From Pseudobdellovibrionaceae bacterium (GTDB lineage Bacteria; Bdellovibrionota; Bdellovibrionia; Bdellovibrionales; Bdellovibrionaceae), in NCBI GenBank assembly GCA_039810425.1, contig JBDHWW010000001.1, positions 96,001 to 160,000 of the forward strand: DNA of 64,000 nucleotides, in the 5' to 3' direction. Shown piece after piece: positions 1-8,827 of the stretch. Position 1 is the stretch's first letter; every line of letters starts with the position of its first letter. The translations under genes were made by a program, and so were the position numbers. The notes beneath the pieces were generated by a model. The model ran no database searches. It saw only the letters and a program-made list of their open reading frames with translations, and was not told the origin of the DNA.

Positions 1-22
1 TAAGGCGCTTATTTTCTTAATT

Positions 23-1132
23 GTGCTGTTTTATTCTTTTTCGACTTTCTCGGCAGAGAAGGTTTTCAAGGTTTTGTCGAAGGCAAAACATGTGAAGGAA
101 AATTTTCAAATACTTATTTCTCCATATCCCCCAAGTCTCTATACCCCCAAACATCCACCAAGAGCCATTTTGCTTACGATGGATGGGCGTGTAACTAAAA
201 CTTGGACTTTGCCCAGACCCGCCATTATTTCCAAGATACGCGACGACGGGAACCTATACTCACTGCTTCTCACTGAAAAAGAGAACCGGGTTACCGGAAA
301 CCCCGGGGAATGTGACCAACTGATTGTGATTAATTCTAAAAATCAAGTGGTCAATAAATTTGATTTAAAGGCGAGTTCTCACGACTTCACTTTTTTGCCT
401 GAAAATAAAACTGCCGTGTTATTTTTTGAAAAGATGGCTGGTTCAGAAATTAAGAAAATTATTAAAAATTCCACTCTTGATTTCGGGTATGGGGATAAGA
501 TCAAAATTTTTGAAAATGGCGACAAAGAAATTTGGTCCTGGAGTTTAAAAGATCACTTAGGCGAAATAAAGCTGGAAGATGGCTATAAAGACTCCAATTT
601 ATTCGTAAGCAATTCGAATTCCCTCCAGTATATTCCAGTGAATCCAATTAGTAAGAAGCCAGCATTTTTAATTAGCATGAGGCACTTGGATATTTTATTG
701 ATGATCGAATATCCTTCCGGGAACATTGTTTGGCAATCACAAGGGGGCGGCTTGTCCCGGCAACATGATGCGACTTTTGACGGAAAGAACGTGCTTGTCT
801 TCAACAACAATCTTCATACTGAAATTCCTAATCTTCAGTTACAAAAAATTGATCCTATTGGAAATTCGATCGTCTATAAATGGTCCCCCAAATTTGTATC
901 CGCACTGACCACGTCGACCATGGGGGGAGTGCGGGAAATCGGTCCGGGGCATTTTTTAGTGAGCCTTTCCAACCAAGGTCTTATAATGGAAGTAAATGAC
1001 GGCCAAATTGTCGGAAGCTATCTCATTCGTACAAAAAACTTTGAGGTGAAAGAGTGGCCACTCGGAGAGCCTTTTTTCCGCCTAGAAGTGTACCAGGACA
1101 GTTTTTTAAACAAAGCCAAACTGCTGCACTGA
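23..1132 (+). CDS. Arylsulfotransferase (ASST)-like beta-propeller protein
   Basis: Motifs SHDF, NSNSL, LISMRH, IVWQ, RQHDA and VFNNN in ASST-family order; GTG start, true start uncertain at the window edge. Confidence 0.7.
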   Translation: MLFYSFSTFSAEKVFKVLSKAKHVKENFQILISPYPPSLYTPKHPPRAILLTMDGRVTKTWTLPRPAIISKIRDDGNLYSLLLTEKENRVTGNPGECDQLIVINSKNQVVNKFDLKASSHDFTFLPENKTAVLFFEKMAGSEIKKIIKNSTLDFGYGDKIKIFENGDKEIWSWSLKDHLGEIKLEDGYKDSNLFVSNSNSLQYIPVNPISKKPAFLISMRHLDILLMIEYPSGNIVWQSQGGGLSRQHDATFDGKNVLVFNNNLHTEIPNLQLQKIDPIGNSIVYKWSPKFVSALTTSTMGGVREIGPGHFLVSLSNQGLIMEVNDGQIVGSYLIRTKNFEVKEWPLGEPFFRLEVYQDSFLNKAKLLH

Positions 1133-1143
1133 CTGGATAAAAA

Positions 1144-2175
1144 ATGACAAAATTTTTCGAAAGAGGGTATTTTCCGGTTACGCACGAGCTGTTCTTAGCG
1201 CTCTTTGTTGGATTTTGTTTCCTTGGCGGGATTTTGGAAATTTTATTTGCTTCGAGCATTCTTCAATCCACGCGTAACCTCTTGGAATTTTTTGTTATTT
1301 TCATCCTTTTGAATGAGTTTCATATTTTTCTTACGCCGTTGATGTTGTTTTCTACCAATAGCGGACGGCAGTACATGAAAGAAGCGGGACACGAGTTTGG
1401 ATTTAAACGAAAAGCAGTAGTGGTCTCAGTCTTATGTTTTATTGTGACGTTTGTAGCATTGCAATATGTCCGTGGAATGGTGATGAACTTGATATTAGGT
1501 TTTATCATTTGCTGGTCTCATTACCATGCGGCGAGGCAATCATGGGGTATGTCCTGCATCTATCGAAGAATCTCGGGAGAATTCTCGGATAAAAGTTCTT
1601 CATGGAATCGTTGGCTTTTTGCGCCGATAGGTCTTACGCATGTTATTTTTTATTTTATTTTGATATTTAAAGAAAAGCCCGGTCCGGAAATGGTGAATTT
1701 GTTTTCTGCTGTATCCTCAATATGCGTCGTATTTTACCTGATCACTCCGCTGATTAGAGAAAAGAAACTTTGGTCTTGGGCTCGCTTTTATGATTTACGG
1801 CTTTTCGCGTACCCAATGGCCCTTCGTGGAAGTTTGTTGGTGCTTGCTATTCACGGTATAGAGTATTTGTTTATTTCAAAGAAATTTTTTGAAAGTGAAG
1901 ATAAGAAAGGTGGCCTTTCTAAGCTGGTTTTCGGGATCTTGCTAGGCATCTTCATTTTCTGTGTTTCATTTCGGTTGCTGGCAATAGATTTGACGCGAGA
2001 ACCGGTGAAGGAATTTATCGGAATTCGATGGCTCACCTCTGTCCTTGTCGCGATTTCTTTAACCGCTAAAGTATTTCATTTTTGGGTGGACGGATACATG
2101 TATACAAGGCAATACGCTTCCACCAGAAAGTGGATTCTCAGTCATATTGGGATTCGAGGCGAAACAGGCGTGTGA
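1144..2175 (+). CDS. Polytopic membrane protein with spaced His motifs, possibly a metal-dependent membrane enzyme
   Basis: About 8-9 hydrophobic segments; motifs EFHIFLT, HYHAARQSWG, HGIEYL and HFWVDG. Confidence 0.6.
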   Translation: MTKFFERGYFPVTHELFLALFVGFCFLGGILEILFASSILQSTRNLLEFFVIFILLNEFHIFLTPLMLFSTNSGRQYMKEAGHEFGFKRKAVVVSVLCFIVTFVALQYVRGMVMNLILGFIICWSHYHAARQSWGMSCIYRRISGEFSDKSSSWNRWLFAPIGLTHVIFYFILIFKEKPGPEMVNLFSAVSSICVVFYLITPLIREKKLWSWARFYDLRLFAYPMALRGSLLVLAIHGIEYLFISKKFFESEDKKGGLSKLVFGILLGIFIFCVSFRLLAIDLTREPVKEFIGIRWLTSVLVAISLTAKVFHFWVDGYMYTRQYASTRKWILSHIGIRGETGV

Positions 2176-2348
2176 TTCGTAACGGCTTCGCGAGACAGCG
2201 ACATACCGCTTTAAAGTGTGGAACGCTTATAATTTAAATAAGGCTCTGATTAAAAAATTGCAATCAAGTCGCGGGGAATATAACATGTACTATAGGCTAT
2301 AATGGGCAACAAATATGGCCACGAAATGTTTTATTGTCGGGATCTCAA

Positions 2349-3164
2349 ATGCATAAAGCGGTTAGGCCGATACTAAGAAATAGAAGAGGCATTAGTCTTA
2401 TCGAGGTCTTAGCGGGCACAGGCCTTGCTGCCGCCACCGCGTTGGTAGCGGCTTTTCTTGCAATCACATTTTATAGATATAATTCTCAAAATTCCGCCAA
2501 CGTGGAATCTGAAATTTATTTGCTTACGGCCTCTCGGGATTTGCATAGGGCTCTCAGTATGGCGGCTGATATCAGTTTAGAGCCTGGGTCTCTGGATGGA
2601 GTCAGTCTTGTGGGGGGCCAAGGGAAGATTCGTAATTACATCGCTGATGTAATGGGCCCAACCCCCGGGCAAATTGAAACCGTGGCCGTTTTTATGCGTG
2701 AATCTGGTGGACCGCCCGGACTCTTCGTAAGCAAATTTATATCTACTGGAATTTTCTATGCCCGACCGAGCCCCAAAACCTCTGGTGTTTTATTTATCGT
2801 CTCTGAGCCTGGGGGAGGGCCTTTGACACCAAAGTATTCAGACCTATTTTATGGAAAGATTGTTGAGTTTTATATCAGTAACTTTTACTACACTAGGGGT
2901 GTTTTGACGTCGGTCGAATTTTCCATTACGGCCCGCCGATTTTTGGACAGCGATGTCTCGAAGTGGACTTTTTGCCCCCAAAAAGATATCGTTGGCGGAG
3001 TTGCCGGTTGCACTGGAACACATGCTACGTTCCGCGATGTTGTCTATAAAACGCGAGTGACTTTTTCCAACCAAGTCGTGAGAAACACTGACCCGAGAAC
3101 TTCGGCGGCGAGTGCTCCTTACGAGCGGCTATTGGGAAATATATACTTGTTTCCACAGCGTTAA
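2349..3164 (+). CDS. Type IV minor pilin / pseudopilin (PilW-like)
   Basis: Basic leader then G|ISLIEVL class III cleavage motif with E5 and a hydrophobic helix; ATG 2349 chosen over TTG 2334. Confidence 0.75.
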   Translation: MHKAVRPILRNRRGISLIEVLAGTGLAAATALVAAFLAITFYRYNSQNSANVESEIYLLTASRDLHRALSMAADISLEPGSLDGVSLVGGQGKIRNYIADVMGPTPGQIETVAVFMRESGGPPGLFVSKFISTGIFYARPSPKTSGVLFIVSEPGGGPLTPKYSDLFYGKIVEFYISNFYYTRGVLTSVEFSITARRFLDSDVSKWTFCPQKDIVGGVAGCTGTHATFRDVVYKTRVTFSNQVVRNTDPRTSAASAPYERLLGNIYLFPQR

Positions 3165-3173
3165 GGAGTTGTC

Positions 3174-3824
3174 TTGAATAGAAAAGGTCAAAGCCTCATA
3201 GTTCTTTGTTTGGGCCTGAGCGCTGTTGTCCTAGTGCTTACTGCCAGTATATTGGTGGCATTGGACAATAAAAACCAACAGGTCATACATCTCAAAAAAA
3301 GAATTTTAGGTCAAAATGCTACGATACAACTCTCATATATTTTAGTGGCGGCTTATAGCGAGGGTCAGAAGTACCCACTTTGCAATAATCCCAGTTTCTC
3401 AGGGGCTACTCTGATGGTAGTTTCTGGCAATGTGCTCTGCTTGCCACCGCCGCCAATTTGTGTTGGTACCAACTTCCGGTATTGCTTGGCCAACAGCGGA
3501 GGACTGATGATTACGGACTATAGGACTCCCGTTCAGGACATGTCCAATCAAGCGTCTTGGTCTTTGCCTTTCAGGTTTGATTTTTCTGTTTTGCCTACCG
3601 CAAATGCGCAGTCAGCACCTTGGTTGCCTTCGCTAGGAAGTGCCCCGAGCGCGCAAGTATCTGTCGTTGGTTTGGCTGCCGATAGATATGTTAAATGTGA
3701 GCCGGCGGCGCTTTGGAATTCAAAGTGCTTTCGCATTCGCGTATGCATCAATGGAAGTCAGGTATGCCCTTCTCAAGACGACTATTTTGAAACAATAGTT
3801 GCTATTCAGGTTCAAAAGATTTAG
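3174..3824 (+). CDS. Pilin-like protein lacking E5 (PilX/GspK- or TadE-like), Cys-rich
   Basis: MNRKG|QSLIVL followed by a hydrophobic helix; AAGGAG RBS before TTG; several Cys in the C-terminal domain. Confidence 0.6.
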   Translation: MNRKGQSLIVLCLGLSAVVLVLTASILVALDNKNQQVIHLKKRILGQNATIQLSYILVAAYSEGQKYPLCNNPSFSGATLMVVSGNVLCLPPPPICVGTNFRYCLANSGGLMITDYRTPVQDMSNQASWSLPFRFDFSVLPTANAQSAPWLPSLGSAPSAQVSVVGLAADRYVKCEPAALWNSKCFRIRVCINGSQVCPSQDDYFETIVAIQVQKI

Positions 3825-3838
3825 GCATTTCTTCGAAA

Positions 3839-5389
3839 ATGGGAAACCCATCAATTTACACAGTCCCATATCAAAAAAATAAAAGCTACACGGAATATCT
3901 GCTCGATATCGAGAAGGCGATACTGTCAAAGTCGGAATTTTTTCAGATTGAATGGGGTCTTTCAAATTGTGCCTTTTTTAATCTCTTTATTGAGGCGATA
4001 CGCGATGCTCATCTTAAGGTTTGCATTAAATGTTTCGCGTCCGATACTAAAAATATTATTCAATACGGTGCTGACGGATTTATACTCCATATTTTTGTAA
4101 GTAATGAGCAAGATCTAAGACCGCACATCAGTGATCTCCAGCAGCTCAAAACACCACATGTTTTTATTCTAGCGGGAAATCGCGATACAAATTTCATAGA
4201 GACCATTCGTCTGTTTCAGAATCATCTGAATGTATTTCCAAATTTCTATTTTGCCAGCTTTGATAAAACAGATAAAAAGTCTTTAGGTGTTCGCGGGGTC
4301 GCGAGCAGCATAAGAAAAATCGAAAAATTTTTCCCAGGATTTTTAGTTCGGCCGCTTCCGGGGCTGGACCTACAAGACCATTTTTTGATTTCGAAATTTG
4401 AATCGGAACCCTTGGTTACCAAGCCAAATTTTGAAATTCGATTGCCCTCAAACTCAGTCATGTTCAGCTTTATCATACCCACCTACAATAATAAGTATTT
4501 TCTGATAAATGTTCTAAAACATATTTTTGCTCAAACTTACCCCAAAGAAAATTTTGAAATTTTAATAGTGGATGATGGTGGTACTGATAACACGCTGGAG
4601 TTTATGACCTCTTACTTAGGCAGTGAAGATATCAAAGTAAACTTGCGCTATTTTTATTGGCCCAAGCCATCTGTGGCGGAGGGAGAGCCACCCTGTTTTC
4701 GAGCGGGCTTATGCAGAAATGTCGGGGCTAACAATGCGTTGGGAGAACACCTCATTTTTTTGGATTCTGATATTCTCCTACCTCCCGGGTTTCTCGTTGA
4801 ATTAAGAAACCTCTTTCTATCGCAGGATGTAATTCAATATGTCCGACATCACGTTCTGCCTGAGAAAAGCGATTCTTGTGTTTCATTTGCCGATTTGGAT
4901 TTGAAAAAGGATGCTTTCATAGAAGAAAAGGATTATTGGAGGCCGTTCTTTGAGCACCCAAACTGGGTTGAGATGCCTTTTTATTGGAAATACGCCTGCA
5001 CTTATTGCCTCGCCATGGGGAAAAATAATTTTTTTAAAGCGGGTCGATTTAGGAAATCGTTTTTATCCTACGGATTCGAGGATACCGATCTTGCGTACCG
5101 TCTTCACCAAATGGGGTTGCGGTTTTACCTATCAAAGACCGTGACCTTGCATTTGACAGATTCTTCAGAATCATCAAAACATTCTGGCAGGACCATAAGA
5201 CGGTTCATTGCCCTCAGTAAAACCGCGAAAATTTTCTTTCTTGCAAATCTGGATCTTGATATCTACCACCATTTTGAATCATTTATGGGCGGAGAAGATT
5301 CATTTTTAAAAGATTTTAACTATGCTCTTGGAAAGTTTCTTAAAAGAGTTTCTAGATTTTCGAAAAAAGCAGAAAGCCAAAGACGGTAG
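3839..5389 (+). CDS. GT2 glycosyltransferase with an unassigned ~200-aa N-terminal domain
   Basis: FSFIIPTYN, IVDDGGTD, CRNVGA, FLDSD and YGFEDTDL motifs start at about aa 208. Confidence 0.85.
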   Translation: MGNPSIYTVPYQKNKSYTEYLLDIEKAILSKSEFFQIEWGLSNCAFFNLFIEAIRDAHLKVCIKCFASDTKNIIQYGADGFILHIFVSNEQDLRPHISDLQQLKTPHVFILAGNRDTNFIETIRLFQNHLNVFPNFYFASFDKTDKKSLGVRGVASSIRKIEKFFPGFLVRPLPGLDLQDHFLISKFESEPLVTKPNFEIRLPSNSVMFSFIIPTYNNKYFLINVLKHIFAQTYPKENFEILIVDDGGTDNTLEFMTSYLGSEDIKVNLRYFYWPKPSVAEGEPPCFRAGLCRNVGANNALGEHLIFLDSDILLPPGFLVELRNLFLSQDVIQYVRHHVLPEKSDSCVSFADLDLKKDAFIEEKDYWRPFFEHPNWVEMPFYWKYACTYCLAMGKNNFFKAGRFRKSFLSYGFEDTDLAYRLHQMGLRFYLSKTVTLHLTDSSESSKHSGRTIRRFIALSKTAKIFFLANLDLDIYHHFESFMGGEDSFLKDFNYALGKFLKRVSRFSKKAESQRR

Positions 5390-6255
5390 TAGTTGCCGGT
5401 AAAAAAGAGATATATGCCGAGGGCCTTGTATTGGGGACAATAGTTTCTATTTTGATAGCCCAAGTTAAATGCCCATTGTGACAAAAGAATCCAAAAATTT
5501 ATTGCGTCGTTTTTTTTCGACTGGTCAAAAGCAAGAGGAGGTCTTATATCAGTTCTTAGAACAGCATTTAATTTTTCTTCGATGTAGAATGTTCCTGCCC
5601 CTTGTCTATAGAATTTTTGAATGAAATCGACGGCGTTCAATTTTGTATTGTGAAACACCGCCAGCTCTGGAAAAAGAAGAAAAATTTTATTTCCGCCGCC
5701 GTTGAGTCTCAAAAAAAATTCGGTTTCGCTGCCGCCATAGATAATATTTTCGTCGAACAAGAGGCCGTCGAGTAAGTGCCGCTTACAGCTAAAGTTGCCG
5801 CCAATCAGGAAGCGGCAGCGGTTTTTAATCTGGGCGCCTTCTGAAAGCCACTTCATTTGACTATAGTTATAGGCGATATCTGGAATTCTCAGGCCATTGA
5901 TTTTATAGGTGCCGCCAATGCAGCAAGCGGCGGAATGCTTGTGATGCAAGTCTCTATGTTGTTGCAGAAATTTCGCATTCGCAGTCTCGCAATCGCTATC
6001 CAAAAAAAGTATTAAAGGCGCACTCGAGTTTATAATTCCTATATTTCTCGCAAGATTGGCACCAGTCATTTTGCATTGAATGTTTCTGGTATTGGAAAAA
6101 TCGGAAACTACTTTTTGCGCTTTCTTAGAGGGAGGATTTGAGATAACGATAACCTCATACTGAAACGAGGTCTCTTGGGATCTTAAGGACAAAAGCAGCG
6201 TTAAGAGGGACTCTTCATCTCGATGATGTGGTATCACGACTGACATTTCAATCAT
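5320..6255 (-). CDS. GT2 glycosyltransferase
   Basis: SVVIP, ARNIGI, FLDSDC and GGSETEF motifs; ATG 6255 after GGAGGT overlaps the upstream stop. Confidence 0.85.
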   Translation of the reverse strand: MIEMSVVIPHHRDEESLLTLLLSLRSQETSFQYEVIVISNPPSKKAQKVVSDFSNTRNIQCKMTGANLARNIGIINSSAPLILFLDSDCETANAKFLQQHRDLHHKHSAACCIGGTYKINGLRIPDIAYNYSQMKWLSEGAQIKNRCRFLIGGNFSCKRHLLDGLLFDENIIYGGSETEFFLRLNGGGNKIFLLFPELAVFHNTKLNAVDFIQKFYRQGAGTFYIEEKLNAVLRTDIRPPLAFDQSKKNDAINFWILLSQWAFNLGYQNRNYCPQYKALGIYLFFTGNYYRLWLSAFFENLETLLRNFPRA

Positions 6256-7405
6256 CGCCACCTCCGTTTTCGGGATGGGTGCGCACAATTCTTTTTTTCC
6301 ACTGATATTGCAAGAACCAGTAACATTTGAAAAAAGGATATCCGCATAGCCATTTTATTTTTGAAATAAAGAGAGCGCGGCTTTGCCAAGAGTTGTCCCA
6401 TCTGCGGCGAAAAGACCAGAAAGTATTGATACACAGAACACGGATTTGCCACAAGCGGCCATAGCATCGGCGAAGACGCCAATAGGTATTAATGGTAAAT
6501 GCCGGGACCCAAGAGAATGCTCGAAGTTGAAAATAAAAAAGATCAGTCAAAAAGCCCTGGCAGGCGCCGCAGAAGCGTCTTATCCATCCCCCAAGTTCCT
6601 CTCGAACTTTATAGCCCTGGGGGTTTAAGACTATTTTGAGTAACCAAAAGAATAATCCTAAAAAAAATATTAGCCCAGAATGATGGACCACTTTAAGCGC
6701 AATACGGAGAAATACGCTCGAATGTTGAGAGTCCATGGGAGGCTTTTTTTGGGGAGTCGGCAGAAAACCCCTCATCTGTGGGACGTCCAAGGGATTCTTT
6801 TCAGAATAAAGACTTAGGATGTTGAGATCAAGACCGAGATGGCTGGCCTCGGACTCGCGGAGCGCCATTCTTTCGATGCTTTCTTTTTTATTCAAAAGAC
6901 AATCACGCGGATCCCGCTGAGGTAAAGAGATAAAACTCACCCTATTTTGAAGTATGGGAGGAAGCGTTGCTAGGACTTCAGAATCCGCGCTGACACGGCT
7001 CTCAAGATAATAAAGTCTCAATTCCGGATCGAGATTCACTAGTTCGACCACCATAGTCTCTTCAACTTGCGAAAGACGTTTATGGAAAAGTAAATCAACG
7101 TGGAGGTTGTTCGCTAGAAGCTCCCGTGCTCTCCTTTTTGCAGTCGGGAGATGCGGTATTTCAAAAAACACGGATTTTCGGTTTGAGAGGTGGTTGAGGG
7201 ACTTCATGATGGAATCGGAGTTCTTTGCCTCAAGCAGTTCAACGGTCAAGGCAATGCCCACATGGGGATTGTGCTCGCCGTTGAGCCATTCGATGGCCCC
7301 GGCTTCGTCGGCGTATTGAATGACTTCACCGACATGTAGAAAATGATGTGAGACTTTTTTTTTTACAAGCGGTGCCAACTCAATAAAATGAACTTGGCGA
7401 GCCAT
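6248..7405 (-). CDS. Hypothetical protein with a Trp/Arg-rich repetitive amphipathic C-terminus
   Basis: ATG 7405 overlaps the pilin TAA (TAATG coupling); one hydrophobic segment, then ~21-aa W/R repeats. Confidence 0.65.
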   Translation of the reverse strand: MARQVHFIELAPLVKKKVSHHFLHVGEVIQYADEAGAIEWLNGEHNPHVGIALTVELLEAKNSDSIMKSLNHLSNRKSVFFEIPHLPTAKRRARELLANNLHVDLLFHKRLSQVEETMVVELVNLDPELRLYYLESRVSADSEVLATLPPILQNRVSFISLPQRDPRDCLLNKKESIERMALRESEASHLGLDLNILSLYSEKNPLDVPQMRGFLPTPQKKPPMDSQHSSVFLRIALKVVHHSGLIFFLGLFFWLLKIVLNPQGYKVREELGGWIRRFCGACQGFLTDLFYFQLRAFSWVPAFTINTYWRLRRCYGRLWQIRVLCINTFWSFRRRWDNSWQSRALFISKIKWLCGYPFFKCYWFLQYQWKKRIVRTHPENGGGDD

Positions 7406-8811
7406 TATGGGCAGCCACCACACATAAAGTAGACGGTTGCAGCGCTGACACCACAGCCTGTACCGCAAGAGCCGCAAGTAGAGCCACAGGTTGGCATCGG
7501 AATATCCCACATCAAACTAGTGCTGCCGCCATAGAAAACATTTGTCGGCGAAGTGCTGGCGGTTAAAAAATTCAAGGAAGAATTAGAGGAGGTATCAAGG
7601 GCGGCAATTTCAATATTGACGCGGCAATAAGCGGGAAGATTGCTATAAGTTAATTTATAGAGAGGTTTTTGCGGTGTACTAGAGGGATCAAGAACGGCAC
7701 TTGTTGGGGCGACTCCGCAAGCAGTAACTCGGTCGCAAGGCACCCATTGTCTTGACGTGTCGGCCACATTGACCGCGTACTGAGAGTTATAGACGAAACC
7801 CGTAGATCCAGGATAACTCGGTTTCGGATATACGACGGTTGGTGCAGGAGCGCCGGGGCCACTGCAGGAGGCCATTATATGGCCTGGAGCTAAAGTTCCC
7901 TTCAAAACCGAAGTATCACGACAAACCATCACGGCACCCGGTTCGATATCTATAGATGAATATCCAAAAGTAACCGCATAGCTGCCGCCGCCGCTGGTAC
8001 AGCTTGCGCCCCAGTTTGGAATTGGGTTGATAGTCTTGTAGTCCGGAGCTACCGGTGGGTTCATGTCTGGCGCATACTGAAATTTTTGTTCTATTGAGCA
8101 AGAGGAAGGGAGGCCGGATTCATTGGTGAACGACTCAACAACCTTGAGAAGTAGGCCCGTGTTATACCTGTTGTTGCCTTTGGCGGCTTTTGCCGGAGAT
8201 GTTCCAAACGCCGAATTCGTGTTTGTGTCGGGGTATAGTGGTTCAGGCGCAATACGCAGAGGCATTGGGCAAGTCATATCCAGCGCCCCTGTTTTTGTAT
8301 CATAAGGAATGACCTGGATTTGCACACTTGCGCCTTTAAGCTCACTGCTAGGTTTGGTGAAAAGATCTGGCGCACTCGCAGTATAGGTTCCACCTGTTAG
8401 GCAAAGAGCTGGGTTTGAATTGTAAATTCCTAATAAGGCATTGATGGAACTCGTAATTAATATACTGTTATTGAGTGTCGGTGCACCCGTGGAACCTAAA
8501 ACATCCAATGTCGTGGGCCAGAGCATCGGATCCGAGATACCTATAGTATTCAAACTATCCGAGGGCGTTCCAGGATAAGTCCGGGTGCTTCCTAAGGGAG
8601 TGAAATCTGTTATGGCCGCAAAATAACCGATGGATTGAAATTTCTCGATAATTCCGGCCGTGTGAATTCGGCAAATATCCATAGATCGGTTGTTCGACTT
8701 GCCGATATAATTAAACGTTGCTAATCCACTGAGTGCCGCAACCGAAATTATAACGCAGGCAAGAAGAACCTCAACCATTGAAAAGCCGTTTTTATTTTTG
8801 AAAATATTCAT
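7405..8811 (-). CDS. Large type IV pilin-like protein (PilV-like N-terminus) with Ser/Thr/Pro-rich domains and a Cys-rich tail
   Basis: MNIFKNKNG|FSMVEVLLA canonical N-methyl-Phe motif with E5; ends CGSTCGSCGTGC...CGGCP. Confidence 0.85.
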   Translation of the reverse strand: MNIFKNKNGFSMVEVLLACVIISVAALSGLATFNYIGKSNNRSMDICRIHTAGIIEKFQSIGYFAAITDFTPLGSTRTYPGTPSDSLNTIGISDPMLWPTTLDVLGSTGAPTLNNSILITSSINALLGIYNSNPALCLTGGTYTASAPDLFTKPSSELKGASVQIQVIPYDTKTGALDMTCPMPLRIAPEPLYPDTNTNSAFGTSPAKAAKGNNRYNTGLLLKVVESFTNESGLPSSCSIEQKFQYAPDMNPPVAPDYKTINPIPNWGASCTSGGGSYAVTFGYSSIDIEPGAVMVCRDTSVLKGTLAPGHIMASCSGPGAPAPTVVYPKPSYPGSTGFVYNSQYAVNVADTSRQWVPCDRVTACGVAPTSAVLDPSSTPQKPLYKLTYSNLPAYCRVNIEIAALDTSSNSSLNFLTASTSPTNVFYGGSTSLMWDIPMPTCGSTCGSCGTGCGVSAATVYFMCGGCP

Positions 8812-8827
8812 TTGCTTTCTCTACTAT

